Below are positions 27,525-41,809 of a DNA stretch of 64,000 nucleotides, one piece after another. Under the pieces are notes generated by a model. It was not told the DNA's origin. It did not search any database and saw only the letters and a program-made list of their open reading frames with translations. A program made the position numbers and the translations under genes. This DNA comes from Eledone cirrhosa (lineage: Eukaryota), in assembly GCA_964016885.1 (NCBI GenBank), contig OZ024740.1:335110001-335174000 (forward strand), in the 5' to 3' direction. Every line of letters begins with the position of its first letter. Position 1 is the stretch's first letter.

Positions 27525-27905
27525 CAGAACTGATGAGAAATCTGCAGATAATCCACCCTGATTACACCTTCAGATTTATGCTTGTGATTATTGGGGCACT
27601 GGGGTATGTTAGTAACTGCCTCAATACAAATCTTGAGAAGCTAGGCTTCACAGGAGCAGAAAGAACATAATTAGTTAGGAAATTACATGTACAATGGAAT
27701 AGTAAAAATATGTAAAACATTCCAAAAATGTTGCATCTAATAACTGCATATACACATGTATAGATACAAACTCAAAAATACACATCCACACATACAATAA
27801 CATACATATCTACACATGCATGCATATATAATCTACCTAGTTGATGTTGTGTAAATTCCAATGAGAGAGTCTTGTGTCTATGTGTGAAATTATAAAACCA
27901 GAAGA
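27525..27905 (+). mobile_element. RA 3' fragment
   Basis: TELMRNLQIIHPDYTFRF + 3' UTR, between CATA repeats. Confidence 0.88.
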
Positions 27906-27942
27906 GCATACATACATGCATGCATACATACATACATACATA

Positions 27943-28543
27943 CATGGTAGCTGCCAACTCGTTTTCGAGTACGGCCGCTACTTTATATCCATGTAGGAGA
28001 ACCCCTACCGATGCGCTGAACGAGTGTGACATTTTAGTCCAGCCAGCGACTTGAAAACTCTGGTACAAACACTACACTTGTGACAATTATTGACACATAG
28101 TGCTGGGCCCTTGGTACCATGTGACGACAAGTGCAGAGAGATCTCCAGATATAAAGCAATGCCTGTGCCGTGAAGATTTTATAGGCACTGCACAAAGCCA
28201 GTCCCATTCTCTTAACCAAGATGATATTTACCAAAAAGAAGAACAAGTCAACATCATTGGATACCATCAGGGTTGCAGGTGTTATATCAGAGTTTTCCTT
28301 CTCCTAGAATTCTGCCTTGACAAAGGCTAAGGGGTCATCTCTACCGGTGATTTTGGATGGCCATTGACTCTTAAGAGCTCCTTTGCCCTTTAACAGGTTT
28401 TGTTTTTAGTCCTGCAGGATGTCCAAAGTCACCCTCCTCACCAAGAAACCTTGGTGGGGTTCCCAGTTTAGTCGCCAACGACCCGACCATGGGACAGGTT
28501 GTACTGGGATACATGTTACCAGTAGCACCAACTGGTGACCTGA
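27943..28543 (-). mobile_element. Non-autonomous RTE-like element, copy 2
   Basis: Homologous to 1442-2004; CATA flanks. Confidence 0.75.
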
Positions 28544-28575
28544 CATACATACATACATACATACATACATACATA

Positions 28576-28849
28576 CAAGATACACCTTTAGCTTCATACC
28601 CATCATTATTGGTGCTACGGGCTATATACCAACCCGCTTGGACGAAAGTATGACCGAACTTGGATTTGCGGACAAAAAGCGCAGCTCCCTAATTCATAGT
28701 CTACAAATGGCTGCGATAGCTGGCACCTTCAAAATATGCAAAACATTCTTGCGATTCAAGGGATGACAATTTCTTTTCTTTTACAACCTTGCCACCAGGA
28801 AGGTGGCCGGTCAAAAAAAAATATACTCGAAATTAAGAGAAAGAGAAAA
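28576..28849 (+). mobile_element. RB 3' fragment
   Basis: Matches 59920-60192; CATA on both sides. Confidence 0.9.
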
Positions 28850-28870
28850 CATACATACATACATACATAC

Positions 28871-31800
28871 ACTGGGACGAAATGAACCCAGAGCTAAATT
28901 ATTTCATAGCGAAACAATTACGCCAACAAGCGACGTTTATTGAACGTAAAAGAAGATAAATATTATTAATTGTAAGTCGCCCACAACAAACATGGAATCA
29001 ACAACACGTGCTACAGATCGCCATGCTACCTGACTTCCTAGCAGCCAGGTCGAACAGTGCCTTGAAACAACTATGCCTGTAAGAAACTTGACACCACCTG
29101 TACCATCTAAGTCTACCTCGAATGCTGGGGAAAACACTATCGATAATAATAATAATCGAAGAAATAATAATAATAATCGAATAAATGTGACACCACGTAT
29201 ACCATCCGAGTCTACCTCGACTGTTGTGGAAAATACTATCGATAATGATAATCAAAAGTATAAACAATTGAAAATTTCCCTCAACGAAATCTTCCAGAGA
29301 GAAATTAACTCATGTATAAATATCTCTCTGGCTGAACGTATTAAAATGAGAATCGTGAATAAAAAACCAAATAATGAAATACTACGTGTTATTGACGAAA
29401 TAGGGGATGAATATTTACGACGGATAAAAACCCCAACATTTTGGCAAATCAACGCCTGTTTATATGCCTTAGCAATGACAGTGAAGCATTATCTTGGTGA
29501 TAGCAGATATATTATCAAGAACAACACACCACCAAAAATACCATCATATATAACTAAAATAGAAAAAAAGAGTGCTGACCTACGAAAAAACATAGGACAT
29601 GTGATAATGCAAACATGCAAACAAACACAAAAAACCTCACTCCTCACCAACAAAGAGCGAAAAATAAAATAGAGACGATGTTTGGTAACAGTAGAACCAT
29701 AACTATACAATATAAGCTGATCACCCTCAAACAAGAATTGAGAGCTGTTAGCGAAAAACCGCCGATACCTGAAGAAGGTAGATGAGAGAAAAATGCTTAA
29801 TAAAAGATTCAGACGAAACCAAACATCTGTCTATAGTTATATGAAGGGCAAAATAATAAGTGTCACTGAGGCCCCATCCCAGAAAGACAGATTCCTTTTG
29901 GAGAAAAATATGGGGTGAAAAGAAGAATTTCAAACAAGATGCAGTGTGGCTAAGAGAAATCCGAAAGAACTATTGCTCCTACACTACAACAAAAACATAC
30001 GAAATAAGTGAGGGTACCCTTGAGACTGTGAAAGGAAAACTCCAAGATAAGAAAACACCAGGAAGAGACACGATTGTCGGCTACTGGTACAAAAAACTAA
30101 TATTCTATCGGAGGTATCTTACTGACTTCTACCAACAAGTTCTTAAGAGAGATACACTAATACCAGAATGGTTGACATTAGCACAAACGTTACTGGTCCC
30201 CAAGAACAAAAACACCCACTTGGCCAAAAACTACCGACCCATCGCATGCCAGAACCTGATGTATAAGATGTATACAGCCTGCCTCAACCTATTCCTCCAA
30301 GATCACTGTGAAAATAATAACATCATCACAGATGAACAAGCGGCTGGAAAGAAAAAGGTTTGGGGATGTGCTGAACAACTCCTAATCAATAAAACTGCGA
30401 TGTCGGAGGTGTGACAACTTAGGAGGAATATGACTACAGTCTGGCTGGACTTCAAGAAAGCTTTCGATTCTGTTCCCCACTCTTGGATGATAGAGGCCCT
30501 CCAACTTGCTAAAGTCCCAGACATTATTGTCAGAGCCATAGAGAGGCTGTCTTCTTCTTGGGCTACTATCCTAAGGTTAAAGACAGAGAGGGAGGACTCT
30601 ATTTTCACTGATAAAATAAAATATTGCAGGGGTATATTTCAGGGGGACAGTCTCTCTGTGATATTGTTCATCTTGTCATTAAACCCCTTGTCCTTTCTGC
30701 TCAAGAAATGTGAGGGAATCATCATTGGCTCACAGGAGGACAGAAATACGAACCTAACTCATAACTTCTTTGTGGACGATCTGAAACTCTATGCCAAGAA
30801 CATGGATGGGATGAAGAAAAATCTTGACCTGGTTACAACGTTCTCAAAGGATATAGGAATGGAGTTTTGCCAAGATAAATGCCCTTACATGACTGTAAAG
30901 CGGGGAAAAACAACAACCCAATCTAGCAACTTGTCATCAATGGTCTAACTGTTTCACCGATATCTGATGAGGACTGCTACAGATACCTGGGGATAGATGA
31001 GAACATATCCTATTATGGTATCTGTAATAAAGAACGCGTAACCAGGGAATACTACACCCGATTAAGAAAGATCTGGTCATCGGAACTCTCTGCGCAAAAC
31101 AAAACAGTGGCTCACAATGTGTTTGCTGTGCCTGTCCTAACACCAACGTTTGGAATACTCAATTGGACGATAGACGAAATCCGAGCAGTAGATGTTGGAA
31201 CTCGAAAAATACTGAACAACACCGGAAACTTCCACATCAACAGTGACATAGACCGCCTTTACTTGAAATGTAAGCAGGGAGGCACAGGCCTAACATCAGT
31301 CCAGACAACATTTGAATGTCGCATCATATCTCTCTGACAACATCTACGAATCTCGAAACGTAGGAGCCCGCTTCTCGAGCAAGTCTATCTGCATGAAACA
31401 GATAAGATCATGAGAGTTGGGACGGAACTCCTTGAGAGATATTCCCTGTGTGATAATCAAAAACTCACACCCAGGGATGTCGCTCAGCAGTATCGCAGTG
31501 AATCCATGGATGAAAAACTGCATGCCTATCAGCAATAAATCATGCATGGATATGTTGCCCGGAAGCTCCAGAGTGAGAGTAATATAGATAAGGAAAGTAG
31601 TCTATCTTGGACCAACAACCGCTATATTGGCTCCCACTTTGAAGGATACGCTTTTGCAATCCAAGAACAGGAGATTAGCACGAAATACCTGATTCACAAA
31701 AGAGATAGGGATGCAGGCAAAACACCTAGATGTGATAACAAGTGCAGACTCTGCAGAACTAACATCGAGGATATCACCCATGTCATCAGCAGCTGCCCAA

Positions 31801-32540
31801 AGATGTCATCGTAGTACTATCTACCTATGAGGCATGATGTAGTGGCCAAAACACTGTACAATGCAGTTCGTAAAAAAGATAGCCCCGATAACAAACACAT
31901 TAGAAGCTACAACAATGTGGAAGACATCCATGTACATAATATGAAAGAGTACTGGTGGAATGTTCCAGTAAAAACCCCAATAAAATGCAGGCATAACAGA
32001 CCAGATATTATGATATGGGACAGGGAGAATAAAACATGCACAGTATTGGAAATTAGCTGCCCAGCAGATGCCGATATAATATCAAAGATTAGTGAAAGGG
32101 AGAATATTTATGCAGAACTGATGAGAAATCTGCAGATACTCCACCCTGATTACACCTTCAGATTTATGCCTGTGATTATTGGGGCACTGGCATATGTTAG
32201 TAACTGCCTCAATACAAATCTTGAGAAGCTAGGCTTCACAGGAAAAGAAAGAACACAACTAATTAGGAAATTACAAGTACAATCCATTAATGGAACAGTA
32301 AAAATATGTAAAACATTCCAAAAAATGTGCATCTAATAACTGCATATACACATGCACAGATACAAAGCATATACACATGCACACATACAACTCAAGACAT
32401 ACACATGCATGCACGCAGACATACATACATATCTACCTAGTTGATGTTGTGTAAATTCCAATGAGAGAGTCTAGTGTCTATGTTAGAAACCGACTCTCTC
32501 TCTATTGGTAAAACTTTGTGAAATTATAAAACCAGAAGAA
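28871..32540 (+). mobile_element. RA near-full-length defective copy
   Basis: Broken ORFs with TPGRD, NYRPIAC, DFKKAFD, GIFQGDSLS, FVDDLK, CRLC..H..SC, HNRPD; CATA flanks. Confidence 0.95.
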
Positions 32541-33770
32541 CATACATACATACATACATGCTATGTATAAGGGGTAAACAGATTGTTTTATTGTGTTTCG
32601 TTACGATATATACCAGAAAGGTAGTCACTGGCGAGCAACCAAACAGAAAGTGTTTGTGGAGGAGATGAACATCTCCTCACCAACAAAGATGTTGGGAAAG
32701 AGCCGAAGTATTATTGCTGTAATTTACTCACTAAATAGGATTCCATCTCATGGATATTTGTGTGAATACGCTTTGCTAAAGTTTCAGCCGCCATAAATGA
32801 AGACTTTTACTTATATGATCTACTCAGCTAACTCAGAAAATCTAGAACAACTATAGTCTCAGACAGATTTTATTGGATTATCAATTTGACTATTCCAGGA
32901 TGACAGCTATTTACGTTCATATTTGATAGCTGATCGTCCATGGGGAATAGATGGACAGACAAAGAATATTGACATCATTAGCTTGCAAATCTCTTCTATC
33001 TCCAGTTGCAAATACAACAGTTTTGACCTTAAGAGAATGTTGCAGAAGCTGTTGCTGTGATAATAACCACAATGACAAATGTATATCTCGAAAGATATCA
33101 ACATTTCCGAATCAAGACCACAGTATTTTTTTCCTATGCAGCGTCAGTGCTAGTACCAGTATTTTGTGTATAAGACTTGACACATTCTGAGATCCATAAT
33201 TTGTATGCCAAAGCTAGGATAAAATAATTCCCACTAATATCTTCCATGGCGTTGGCAAAATCTATGTTCAATGGACAGTTTAAGGTAGGGAAATAAGGAA
33301 ACCTTGAGAAGGACTCATCATAAATGTTGATGTTTGTTTTTTTGTGGGTACATTTTCCACAAGCCAGATGGCACCAACATCATTGACAGAAAAGGTAATG
33401 GCACACACAAGCAAACACACACGCACTCACACAGCAACGCACATACAATCACACACACACATAAGCACATATGTACTAGAGAGGCATGTCTAATCATAGT
33501 AAGACTGCCAGTACATACACTGACATATACGTATGCGATAAATCACTGACACATTTACAAATTATTGGAGCTGCTTAGCCTCAAACGAAAATATCTTGTC
33601 ACTTTATTAGTAACCAGCTTGAATTTTGCAATTAAGGATATTTATGAATCGCAAAGAGTACCATACATACATACATGATGGCTGCCCCCTCGTTATCGAG
33701 TATGGCCATTGCACGAGAAGAAAAAAAAAAAAATAATAATAATAATAATAATAAATAAATAAAAAAAAAA

Positions 33771-33807
<37 letters not shown>

Positions 33808-33910
33808 TACATACATATATACATACACACATACATACACATACATACATACATACATACATACATACATACATACATACATACATACATACATACATAC
33901 ATACATACAT

Positions 33911-36900
33911 AGACAGTCAACGCGATCAGCCGCATATTTTGGCGTGGGAGACAATTTATTAAATTTAAGATGAATACTATCTCCGACAGTAATGCCACAA
34001 CTACAGTCAGGTTGAATAACTGGTTATTCTTCTAACTATATCTTCTGAAGACACCTTTTATTCTAATTCGTAGAGATATCCGACTAAATACATAATTCAT
34101 TTTACAAGGATTTGCTACAAACAGTATGGCTGAACACAACGTCAACAACAAAATTAAGGAAGTACCGAAGACAAATAAGAAGGAAGGTAAACAAACTTTA
34201 TTCAGTTGTAGCTACAGAAGAAACCGAAATTATAAATCGCATTTCTCTTGGAGTTGCGAACTTAATGATTATTTATTTAATTGTTATAAAATGGCAAAAA
34301 ACAATCCCTCCATTGGCTATATGAACAGAATGAAGCTACATTGGGACGAATGCACCCAGAGCAAAATTATTTCACAGCGAAACAATTACGCCAACAAGCC
34401 ACGTTTGTTGAACGTAAAAATAAGATAAATATTATTAATTGTAAGTCCCCCACAACAAACATGTTATCAACAACACGTGCTACAGGTCGCCATGCTACTA
34501 GACTTCCTAGCAGCCAGGTCGAACAGTGCCTTGAAACAACTATGCCTGTAAGAAACTTGACACCACCTGTACCATCTAAGTCTACCTCGAATGCTGGGGA
34601 AAATACTATCGATAATAATAATAAGCGAAGAAATAATAATAATAATCGAAGAAATTTGACACCACGTGTACCATCTGAATCTACCTCGACTGTTGTGGAA
34701 AATACTATCGATAATGATAATAATCAAAAGTATAAACAATTGAAAATGTCCCTTCAACGAAATCTTCCAGAGAGAAATTAATTCATGTATAAACATTTCT
34801 CTTGCTGAACGTATTAAAACGACAATGTTTAATAAAAAAAATAAAAATAATGAAATATTACGTGTTATTGACGAAATAGGGGATGAATATTTACGACGGA
34901 TAAAAACCCCAACATGTTCGCAAATCAACGCCTGTTTATATGCCCTAGCAACGACAGTGAAGCATTATCTTGGTGATAGCAGAGATATTAACAAGAATAG
35001 AACGCGTCCAAAAATACCTTCATATATAACTAAAATAGAAAAAAAGATTGCTGACCTACGAAAAAACATAGGATATGTAACAATGCTCCTTACATGCAAA
35101 CAGACACACAAAAAACTTCACTCGTCACCAACAAAGAGTGAAATATAAAATATAGACGATGTTTGGTAACAGTAGAACCATAACTCTCCAATATAAGTTA
35201 ATCACCTTCAAACAAGAATTGAGAGCTATTAGCGAAAAACCGCCGATACCCGAAGAAGGTAGATGAGAGAGAAGTGTTTAATAAAAGATTCAGACGAAAC
35301 CAAACATCAGTCGATAATGATATGAAGGGCAAACTAATAAGTGTCACTGATGCCCCATCCCAGAAAGACATAGATTCCTTTTGGAGCAAAATATGGGGTG
35401 ACAAGAAGGATTTCAACCAAGATGCAGTGTGGCTAAGGGAAATCCGAAAGAACTATTGCTCCTACACTACAACAAAAACATACGAAATAAGTGAGGGTAT
35501 CCTTCAGACTGTGATAGGAAAACTCCAAGATGAGAAAACACCAGGAAGAGACATGATTGTCGGCTACCTGTACAAAAAAACTGATATTCTATCGGTGGTA
35601 TCTTACTGACCTCTACCAACAAGTTCTTAAGGGGGATACACTTATACCAGAATGGTTGATATTAGCACAAACATTACTGGGCCCAAGAACAAAGACACCC
35701 ACTTGGCAAAAAACTACCGACCCATTGCATGCCAGAACCTGATGTATAAGATGTATACAGCTTGCCTGAACCTATTCCTCCAAGATCACTGTGAAAATAA
35801 TAACATCATCACAGATGAACAAGCAGCTGGTAAGAAAGGGGTTTGGGGATGTGCTGAACAACTCCTAATCAACAAAACTGCGATGTAGGAGGTGCGACAA
35901 CTTAGGAGAGGAATATGGCTACAGTCTGGCTGGACTACAGGAAAGCTTTCGATTCTGTTCCCCCTCTTGGATGATAGAAGCCCTCCAACTTGATAAAGTC
36001 CCATACATTATTGTCAGAGCCATAGAGAGGCTGTCTAATTCTTGGGCTACAATCCTAAGGTTAAAGACAGAGAGGGAGGATTCTATTTTCACTGATAAAA
36101 TAAAATAGTGCAGGGGTATATTTCAGCGTGATAGTCTCTCTGTGATATTATTCATCTTGTCATTAAACCCCAACTCAAGAAATATGAGGGATACATCATT
36201 GGCTCACAGGAGGACAGAAATACGAACCTAAGCCATAATTTCTCTGTGGACGATCTGAAACTCTATTCCAAGAACATGGATGGGAAGAAGGAAAATCTGA
36301 CCTGGTTACAACGTTCTCAAAGGATATAGGAATGGAATTTCGCCAAGATAAATGCTCATACATGACTGTAAAGTGGGGAAAAACAACAACCCAATCTAGC
36401 AACATTGTCATCAATGGTCTAACTGTTTCACCGATATCTGATGAAGAGTGCTACAGATACTTGGGGATAGATGAGAACATATCCTATAATGTTATATGTA
36501 ATAAAGAACGCGTAACCAGGGAATACTACACCCGATTAAGAAAGATCTGGTCATCGGAACTCTCTGCGCAAAACAAAACAGTGGCTCACAATATGTTTGC
36601 TGTTCCTGTCTTCACACCAACGTTTGGAATACTCAATTGGACGATAGACGAAATCCGAGCAGTTGATGTTGGAACTCGAAAAATACTGAAAAACACCGGA
36701 AAATTCCACATCTATAGTGACATAGACCGCCTTTACTTGAAACGTAAGCAGGGAGGGACAGGCCTAACATTAGTCCAGACAACATTTGAATGTCGGATCA
36801 TATCTCTCCGACAACATCTACGAACCTCGAATCGTAGGAGACCGTTTCTCGAGCAAGTCTATCTGCATGAAACAGTTAAGATCATGAGAGTTGGGACGGA

Positions 36901-37608
36901 ACTCCTCGAGAGATATTCCCTATGTGATAATCAAAAACTCACACCCAGGGATGTCACTCAGCAGTATCGCAGTGAATCCATGTACATAATATGAAAGAGT
37001 ACTGGTGGAATGTTCCAGTAAAAACCCCAATAAAATGCAGGCATAACAGACCAGATATTATCATATTGGACAGGGAGAAGAAAACATGCACAGTAGTGGA
37101 AATTAGCTGCCCAGCAGATGCAAATATAGTATCAAAGATTATTGAAAAGGAGAATATGTATACAGAACTGATGAGAAATCTGCAGACACTCCACCCTGAT
37201 TACACCTTCAGATTTATGCCTGTGATTATTGTGGGGCTGGGATATGTTAGTAACTGCCTCAATACAAATCTTGAGAAGCTAGGCTTCACAGGAACAGAAA
37301 GAACACAACTAGTTAGGAAATTACAAGTATAACCCATTAATGGAACAGTAAAAATATGTAAAACATTCCAAACATTTTGCATCTAATAACTGCATATACA
37401 CATGTACAGATGCAAAGCATATACATACATACAACTCAAAACATACACATCCACACATACAATAACATCCATATCTACACATGCATACACACATATATAT
37501 CTACATAGTTGATGTTGTGTAAATTACAATGAGAGAGTCCTGTGTCTATGTTAGAAACCGACTCTCTCTCTATTGGTAAAACTTTGTGAAATTATAAAAC
37601 CAGAAGAA
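33911..37608 (+). mobile_element. RA copy with complete 5' end (ATG 34126), defective, internal deletion near 36980
   Basis: Starts right after (CATA)n; N-terminal WSCELNDYLFNCY..GYMNRMKLHW is R4/Dong-like; many frameshifts and stops; CATA 3' flank. Confidence 0.95.
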
Positions 37609-39725
37609 CATACATGCATACATACAAAATTATTATGCGAAATAGGGTCGGAAATTGAGAGATTTTCCTGAAATCTGAATTCTTAGATCAGTATTAAACC
37701 CAACACCTGCGGGTTATTTGACCAATCAATGAATGATGTTTTGGTCCTTCTAGCGATATGTAATATGAAATAAATTATTCATGATTCTTAATGAGTCCCT
37801 TCTTAATTACTGAATATATAACAAGTTAATTTTCTTAAAGTTGGTAAGTAACCAACTTTATACATATTTCCTTTCAGATTTCTCAAATTCTAATCGAACT
37901 AGTGTCTTCTTCTTCTTCTTCTTCTTCTTCTTCTTCTTCTTCTTCTTCTACTTCACTTTCTCTTATTTCTTCTCCGCCTTCTCTTCATCCATCTGCATTT
38001 GTTTCTTCTTTAATTACAATTCGATTCGCATCTGTAATGTTTTAGAAGCATATAAATTTGCTCAACTGATACTTCCATTTATAGACCCCAGAATAATTAT
38101 TAAAATGCAGCCAGAGGCTCGACAGCCTTTGAACTTAGAAAATAGGGAACAATATGTTTAATTCCTTAATAAATTATTCCTAGGAACTGTTGCAGTACTT
38201 ATAAATGTTTTAGTATCTTTTGCAGACAGGTGAATGTTATACAAATAATATGCATCTGGAATACCTACTTTGGGTAGTCTGCATGAAAATAAACTTGCGC
38301 CGAGTTTTGACGCGAATGAATGTTATACGATAGATTATGTTGAAATCAAGCAAAAGCGGACCAGTTGATTATATGAACAGGCTCATTAATCCATCCTGAA
38401 AAGATGTATAAATATCAAAGTGGATAACTAATGAATATGAAATCAGAACTGCAAGTTACATATGTAAATAATAGTTTCTGCCAATTCAATGTGTTTTCTA
38501 TAGTTATATAACGATGTCTTCAGTTGGCATATTATCGCAAATCTCCATGATATTTAATTTAGTGAACACAAATGAATGAGAAGCAATGTCGATACCGATG
38601 TCACTGAAACTGAACATTTTTAAAAGAAAACGTATTAAGCCTACGACTATACCGTTGTTATTCCATGATTAATACATTAATGAGCGTGGTCTCTCTGTTA
38701 GATTGGCAAACGCGTTCGAGCGACATATAAAATACCTTGTGGTATCTAATTTTTATGCTTGATGTGGTGAGGCCTTATCCCCTCGGATTTGACTTTTTCT
38801 TTCATCCTTACGAGATCGACAACCTAATGTATCAACCAAATACTGAATTAATGTAATAGAGTATTCAGACATACACGTTGTCTGCGTTGGATTATTATTA
38901 TAGTGTTAATGGGATCGACTGGATGACATATGTTGTGTGCAGAGAATGTGCTACTTTGCGTTCATGTTTTGTAATCATGCCTAGGTTTCCATTCATAATT
39001 AAAGCTATTTCTTACTTCATGGCCTTCCTTCTGTTTGTTGAAATTATAACTTACTTTTACTTAGGAAATTTTTCCACTTCATTCCGGCTGAGGATTTGAT
39101 CAAAATCCTTCCAAAATATTTGCATAAAGCAAAATAAAGTTTTGTTTATATACATTAGAGAGGTCAATGACATACATATTTACATATTTACTTACATATT
39201 TACTTAAGTTAACATCTCTGTGACTGAATGACGTACCCAAATAGATATCCCTAACCAGCCCCATCACATTTAAAGAAAGCAAGAGACTGAGATTTTTTTA
39301 TCAGGCAAGCGAGAACTATAGCAATATGTTTTGGTCTAAGAATGTAAATTAACCTCAAAAATAATTCTTAATTTCTTGAAATTATCACAACTTTAATTTG
39401 CGATTTCCTAGCATTCTCCGCTAGAATTTTGTTTTGGGAAATTAAAGGGAAATTGCAGTAAATCATAATACATTGCACACAGCATTTAAATACATGCAAT
39501 TGTCTATTTGGGGTATTACCCTTAGGTCTGTTTATTTTTAATTATAACATTATTATTGTCCAAATATACACGTGAATACATTTTCCTTCAGGATTTAGTA
39601 ACAATTACCGGTAGATTATATTTTCTTTCTCAAATAGAACTTCCTCGTATATGTATCATTTATTAACTACAACTTTCAGTAATTTAAGTCAATCATTCAT
39701 ATTGATGCCATCGGCCTCTTTTAAT

Positions 39726-39757
<32 letters not shown>

Positions 39758-41427
39758 CATATATACATATACATATTATATGTTATATATTATATATAGT
39801 ATATATTATAATACATATATATCATATATTTATATGATGAATGCTAAGCTTTTCAGATCAAAATATCACTGTGGGATATAGAAAGGGGAATATCCTCACA
39901 ATTTTAGGAGTACATATTATACAGAAATACGTGAGTGATTTCACAAGATTTTCTAATTATAATTTATGTTGAAAGCTCTGTTTCAATGTTCTAGCTGGAA
40001 TCTAATTTCCCAGTAGATTTAAGAATTAATTGCTCTCACATTGACTACAAATATTAAATGTTACGTGATTAAAATATATATATAATTGATAAGATTCGAG
40101 AAACGTAGAAGTGTATGCATATGTTTATAAATTTCATCCTAATGACCTTCTGCTGGTTTAAAATGGCAATGTACTATTCCTAATCTCACGTTCGGCGTGA
40201 ACCATGATGTATCAAACATGAAATTATATCTTATTCCTTAAATTTCCTAAAGTGTAATGTTTATCTTATCTGTATTCAGAATAAAATGAATTTTATTTCT
40301 AGCAAATAAAATACACACAAAATTTATAAAAATTGTTGGTTTCTAAAGCATAGGGAATTATATTTTGTGTAATAGAATTAGTTAAAGGTGTCACATTATA
40401 AGTTACTCTTAGGATCTCTCTAAAAGGTGGTAAACTAGTCAATTAATTATATCAGCCGTTTTGCACGATTTTCTTAGTATTTGAAGAATCTATCAGTTTA
40501 TTGATGACGTTAATTTTTTTCGTATTTTTGTTTTATCTGCAACTAATTTTTTGTACTGCTAGACTTTACAGTGATTAATTCATCATTTCCCATTAGAGAA
40601 TTTAAAGTAAGATAAATGAAGTCGTATTTTTGAAGTGAGAGGAGGTATGACGGTTAGAATTTAAAGATTTTGAATTTCGATGTGGAATACATGGTATTTT
40701 TGAATTTTTCAAAGCCCAGAGGGTATAAATATAGTGAGAAATATTAATCACCTTCTCCATAATTATAATTTATAGAAATGCTTGAATTTCTCGAATCATT
40801 TGTACCTAAGATAATATTTTATGATATAAGTAAGTGAAGAGGATTAAAGAGAAGAATACTAAAATGAAATATCTGTATTGTTTTTAAAATCTCAAATTAT
40901 TATTTTTACAACATAATGTAAGTAGAAATTATTTGTCAATCCTATAACTCATTACTGTCCGATGGTTTAGTTTTCTGAAGAATTTGCTAAAATGTTATAT
41001 ATTAAAAGCAATTCACTTTGTAGAAGGTCATCCCTTTCCAAACAATATTTGGCTGACATTTTAACCTAGTAAAGCACTGCCACTAATTACAATTCTAATT
41101 GATGCATACGAAAAATGTATAGTTATAATTTTCTAGTATGGAGACAAGAATGGAGATATTAATAGAGGGAACTTATCGGAAATCTAAATTCAAGACCATT
41201 TATGATGAACTCAGACAATAAATATAACTATACATATTCTAACACGAGAGGAAATATAAAACCCCTCAAAGGTGAAACTCATAAGTATCGACGGCCATCC
41301 AGAAGTTTTCTAGGAGAGCGAAACTCCGATACAAAACCTGAAGATAAATTAGTTGCGCGTCGTCCCGACAAATGTTGGACCATCGGTCTTTCCTGCTAGT
41401 TTAGTCTAAAACGTTAGCGAGGGTCAA

Positions 41428-41663
41428 TGAAAGGTTTGACCACTATAATCAAATTTACACATAGGTTCTTCTTACACACTTGAACAATATATATATAAGT
41501 GTGTGTGTGCGTGTGTGTGTGTGCTTGTGTGTGTGCGTGTGTGTGTGTGCTTGTGTGTGTGCGTGTATATATATATATATATATATACACGCACACACAC
41601 AAGCACACACGCACACACACACTCATATATATATTGTTCAAGTGTGTGTGCTTTTGTGTGTGC

Positions 41664-41705
<42 letters not shown>

Positions 41706-41809
41706 GCACACACACAAGCACACACGCACACACACACTCATATATATATTGTTCAAGTGTGTAAGAAGAACCTATGTGTAAATTTGATTATAGTGGTCAA
41801 ACCTTTCAT
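41428..41809. repeat. Fold-back palindrome: ~60 bp unique arms extended by inverted microsatellite
   Basis: atgaaaggtttgaccactataatcaaatttacacataggttcttcttacacacttgaacaat and its exact reverse complement at ~41748-41809. Confidence 0.9.

Noticed and set aside
32900-33310. Possible ancient RT remnant on the minus strand (IDFANAM..., LQANDVNIL)
   Set aside because: Only two weak motif resemblances with stops between them; not supportable by eye.
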